NCBI GenBank assembly: GCA_016182015.1
Contig: JACOYC010000007.1
Coordinates: forward strand, 1-6,070
Reading direction: 5' to 3'
DNA length: 6,070 nt
DNA from: Nanobdellati archaeon
GTDB lineage: Archaea; Nanobdellota; Nanobdellia; UBA10117
The notes beneath the pieces were generated by a model. The model worked only from the letters and a program-made list of their open reading frames with translations, ran no database searches and was not told where the DNA came from. Within the stretch, counting starts at the first letter, position 1. Each line of letters opens with the position of its first letter. Position numbers and translations under genes: made by a program. Below are positions 4,584 through 6,070 of the stretch, one piece after another.

Positions 4584-4638
4584 CCCCATGGGCGTAGCCT
4601 ACCAAGCTAGCCGACAGCCCCGCTAAGAATTTATTTAT

Positions 4639-4663
4639 AGCTTTAAAAGTTCTTTTACTATTT
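4639..4663. repeat. 25-bp exact direct repeat, copy A (tRNA-Pro promoter region)
   Basis: AGCTTTAAAAGTTCTTTTACTATTT is identical to 4751-4775. Confidence 0.9.
4641..4648 (-). promoter_or_regulatory. Candidate TATA box of tRNA-Pro
   Basis: Sense TTTTAAAG lies 20-27 nt upstream of G1 (4621), slightly closer than for the other two tRNAs. It sits inside the 25-bp repeat that duplicates the adk 3' end. Confidence 0.4.
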
Positions 4664-4720
4664 GTACAGCCCCCTTTCTTTGGGAAAGAAAGGTGCTCTA
4701 CGAAACCACCAAAGAAACCT

Positions 4721-4739
4721 GTGCGATATTCTATCGCAC
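4721..4739 (-). terminator. Hairpin 8 nt downstream of the adk stop (terminator-like, or a cassette of the intron hairpin family)
   Basis: GTGCGATA-TTC-TATCGCAC has a perfect 8-bp stem. In the adk sense it is followed by AGGTTTCTTTGG. The same stem occurs in tRNA-Pro intron 1 (4505-4523). Confidence 0.4.
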
Positions 4740-4746
4740 TAAATTT

Positions 4747-5457
4747 TTACAGCTTTAAAAGTTCTTTTACTATTTTTTCAGCATCTGCTTTTACGCTACT
4801 AACGTCTTTTTCCGCATTGACTGGTCTAAACGCGGCGGAATATGTTCTGCGCATGCTTTCCACCATTGGCCATGTCTTCTTATCATACTCACGTATCGCA
4901 TTCGCAAACATGTCGTAATTAACATCTTCCTGCCTGATGTAAAGCCCGCCCCCGCAGGCATCACATCTGTCCGCAGTTTTTGGCGGAGAAAACTTAACAT
5001 GATAGACTAAACCGCATGGCCTGCAGCTCCTTCTTCCCTTGGCCCGCTCAAACAATGTATCGTCATTCGCAATGTCAAGGTAAAGCACTGCATCAAAATC
5101 AATCTCCCATTTCATATGTCCGTTCACGCGCTCGAACATCCTTTCGAGAAAATCCAGCTGTCCAGTAGTCCTTGGGTAGCCAACCCAAAAAGCAACCGAG
5201 CCCGGCTTCATTGCAAAAAATTGATGCTCGACAAGGGAATTCATGTACGGATCCGGAGTAAGGCTTCTGTCTGCATCAAAATGCTCTGCGACTTTTCCAA
5301 GCAAAGTCCCGTCGCGCTTGCCTGCCCGCAGCAAATTTCCGGTTGCGATATGCTGCGAGTCCGGTATTTGTTTGAGTAAGTGCTGCAGAACAGTGTCTTT
5401 GCCCGAGTAAACAGCGCCAATTATAACCACATTCTTAACTGGTTTAAGTTCAGCCAC
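4747..5457 (-). CDS. adk: Adenylate kinase, long form with a four-Cys zinc LID
   Basis: Motifs: GAVYSGKDT (P-loop; compare GxPGxGKGT), HIATGNLLRA (compare IStGdlLRa), GYPRTTGQ (compare GfPRTxxQ), LID GRRSCRPCGLVYHVKFSPPKTADRCDACGGGLYIRQEDV (CxxC...CxxC), and IREYDKKTWPMV. The start is GTG at 5457; the next in-frame Met is residue 72, after the P-loop. GAGGT (+ 5463-5467) lies 5 nt upstream. Confidence 0.9.
   Translation of the reverse strand: MAELKPVKNVVIIGAVYSGKDTVLQHLLKQIPDSQHIATGNLLRAGKRDGTLLGKVAEHFDADRSLTPDPYMNSLVEHQFFAMKPGSVAFWVGYPRTTGQLDFLERMFERVNGHMKWEIDFDAVLYLDIANDDTLFERAKGRRSCRPCGLVYHVKFSPPKTADRCDACGGGLYIRQEDVNYDMFANAIREYDKKTWPMVESMRRTYSAAFRPVNAEKDVSSVKADAEKIVKELLKL
4751..4775. repeat. 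25-bp exact direct repeat, copy B (last codons of adk)
   Basis: AGCTTTAAAAGTTCTTTTACTATTT is identical to 4639-4663. Here it encodes the adk C-terminus (...KIVKELLKL). Confidence 0.9.
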
Positions 5458-5489
5458 AGCTTACCTCTAAAAGCAGATAAAACAGTGAC

Positions 5490-5499
5490 TATAAAAAAA
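5490..5499 (-). promoter_or_regulatory. Candidate TATA box / T-run between the kinase gene and adk
   Basis: Sense TTTTTTTATA lies 33-42 nt upstream of the adk GTG and 14 nt downstream of the TAG (5515-5513) of the upstream gene. Confidence 0.45.
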
Positions 5500-5512
5500 T
5501 ATCTGTGCAAAA

Positions 5513-6070
5513 CTAAACGAATTTCCCAACTAAAACATCAATCTTGGAATAAAGCTGCATAAGCGAGCCAGATGCATCAATCACATAATCTGCCTGCGCG
5601 AAAACCCTTTTCAGATGAAACTCTTTTTCCTCCCTTTTTTCTAGAGCGAGGAACTCTGGCCAGTAGGCTGGATCTCCCGGCCGGCCGCGCTTCTTCATCC
5701 GCTCAAAACGAATTTTTGCGGGCGCAGTCACAAATACTAGTTTTGCCTTGTGCTTAAAATATTTTTTAACAACTTTTACATCGGATGCCAAGCGTATGCC
5801 ATCAATGCAAACCTTTTCGTCGCCATCATTCTCTACTTTCTGAATTATCTTTCTTATAAAATAATTTGTCCCGTACTTATTTCTCAGCCGCTCGGAAAGT
5901 TTTTCCAGATTCTTGCGGTTGGAGCGTATGCGCCTTTTTCTTGCCTCAGAGCGGATGTAGTCAGAAACTGTGTGCTTGTGAAATTTATATTTTTTTTCCA
6001 AATATTCGGCAACAGTCCCCTTGCCAGCCCCGATATCTCCAACTAAACCTATGACTGTGCGGATGGCCAT
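5513..6070 (-). CDS. P-loop nucleotide/nucleoside-kinase-like protein (dephospho-CoA-kinase / archaeal UPF0200-like)
   Basis: 185 aa. The ATG falls exactly at the window edge (6070-6068). A Walker A motif, GLVGDIGAGKGTVAEYL, sits at residues 8-24. VCIDGIRLASDV resembles the xIDGvRsxxEv segment of small archaeal NMP-kinase-fold proteins. The P-loop lying so close to the N-terminus supports this ATG as the true start. The specific substrate is not assignable by eye. Confidence 0.8.
   Translation of the reverse strand: MAIRTVIGLVGDIGAGKGTVAEYLEKKYKFHKHTVSDYIRSEARKRRIRSNRKNLEKLSERLRNKYGTNYFIRKIIQKVENDGDEKVCIDGIRLASDVKVVKKYFKHKAKLVFVTAPAKIRFERMKKRGRPGDPAYWPEFLALEKREEKEFHLKRVFAQADYVIDASGSLMQLYSKIDVLVGKFV

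Larger units (their letters stand above)
4290..4621 (-). tRNA. tRNA-Pro (anticodon GGG), two introns, CCA encoded
   Basis: Exons 4621-4584, 4484-4465 and 4307-4290 join to 73 nt plus CCA: GGGGCUG-UC-GGCU-AGCUUGGUA-GGCU-A-CGCCC-AUGGGGU-GGGUG-UGAC-CGCAG-UUCAAAU-CUGCG-CAGCCUC-A-CCA. T stem 5/5. The acceptor stem has G2.U71 and the anticodon stem has G28.U42. G37 fits tRNA-Pro. A32 is unusual. Confidence 0.8.

Noticed and set aside
4228-4626. Track ORFs 4228..4485(-) and 4360..4626(+)
   Set aside because: They overlap tRNA-Pro exons and introns and have no independent coding support.

Overview
All supported features in this gene-dense window lie on the minus strand. The sequence looks archaeal. 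That is an inference from three things: tRNA-Tyr has a C1:G72 pair with A73, AT-rich TATA-like boxes sit about 24-31 bp upstream of tRNA position 1, and the tRNA introns have bulge-helix-bulge-like junctions. Right to left, the window holds a P-loop nucleotide-kinase-like gene, a zinc-LID adenylate kinase, tRNA-Pro(GGG), a signal-peptide/TM surface protein with CARDB/Ig-like repeats, tRNA-Tyr(GUA), tRNA-Asp(GUC), and a translationally coupled pair of unknown proteins (107 aa and 505 aa). An AT-rich tandem repeat sits at the left edge. The standout observation is that all three tRNA genes are split by unusually long introns with no ORF. There are 5 introns of 213, 38, 151, 99 and 157 nt, about 658 nt in total against about 219 nt of mature tRNA. 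Two of them sit in the T-loop. The introns are mosaics of shared hairpin cassettes, including a roughly 80-nt three-way-junction module present in two different tRNAs at two different intron positions. Similar cassettes also sit outside any tRNA, inside a duplicated copy of the adk 3' end, the tRNA-Pro promoter and the first 8 nt of tRNA-Pro. I read this as a candidate family of structured, possibly mobile, intron-borne RNA modules. The 107/505-aa gene pair next to the tRNA-Asp 3' end is a second candidate of unknown function. All folds and homologies were judged by eye; no searches or energy calculations were run.
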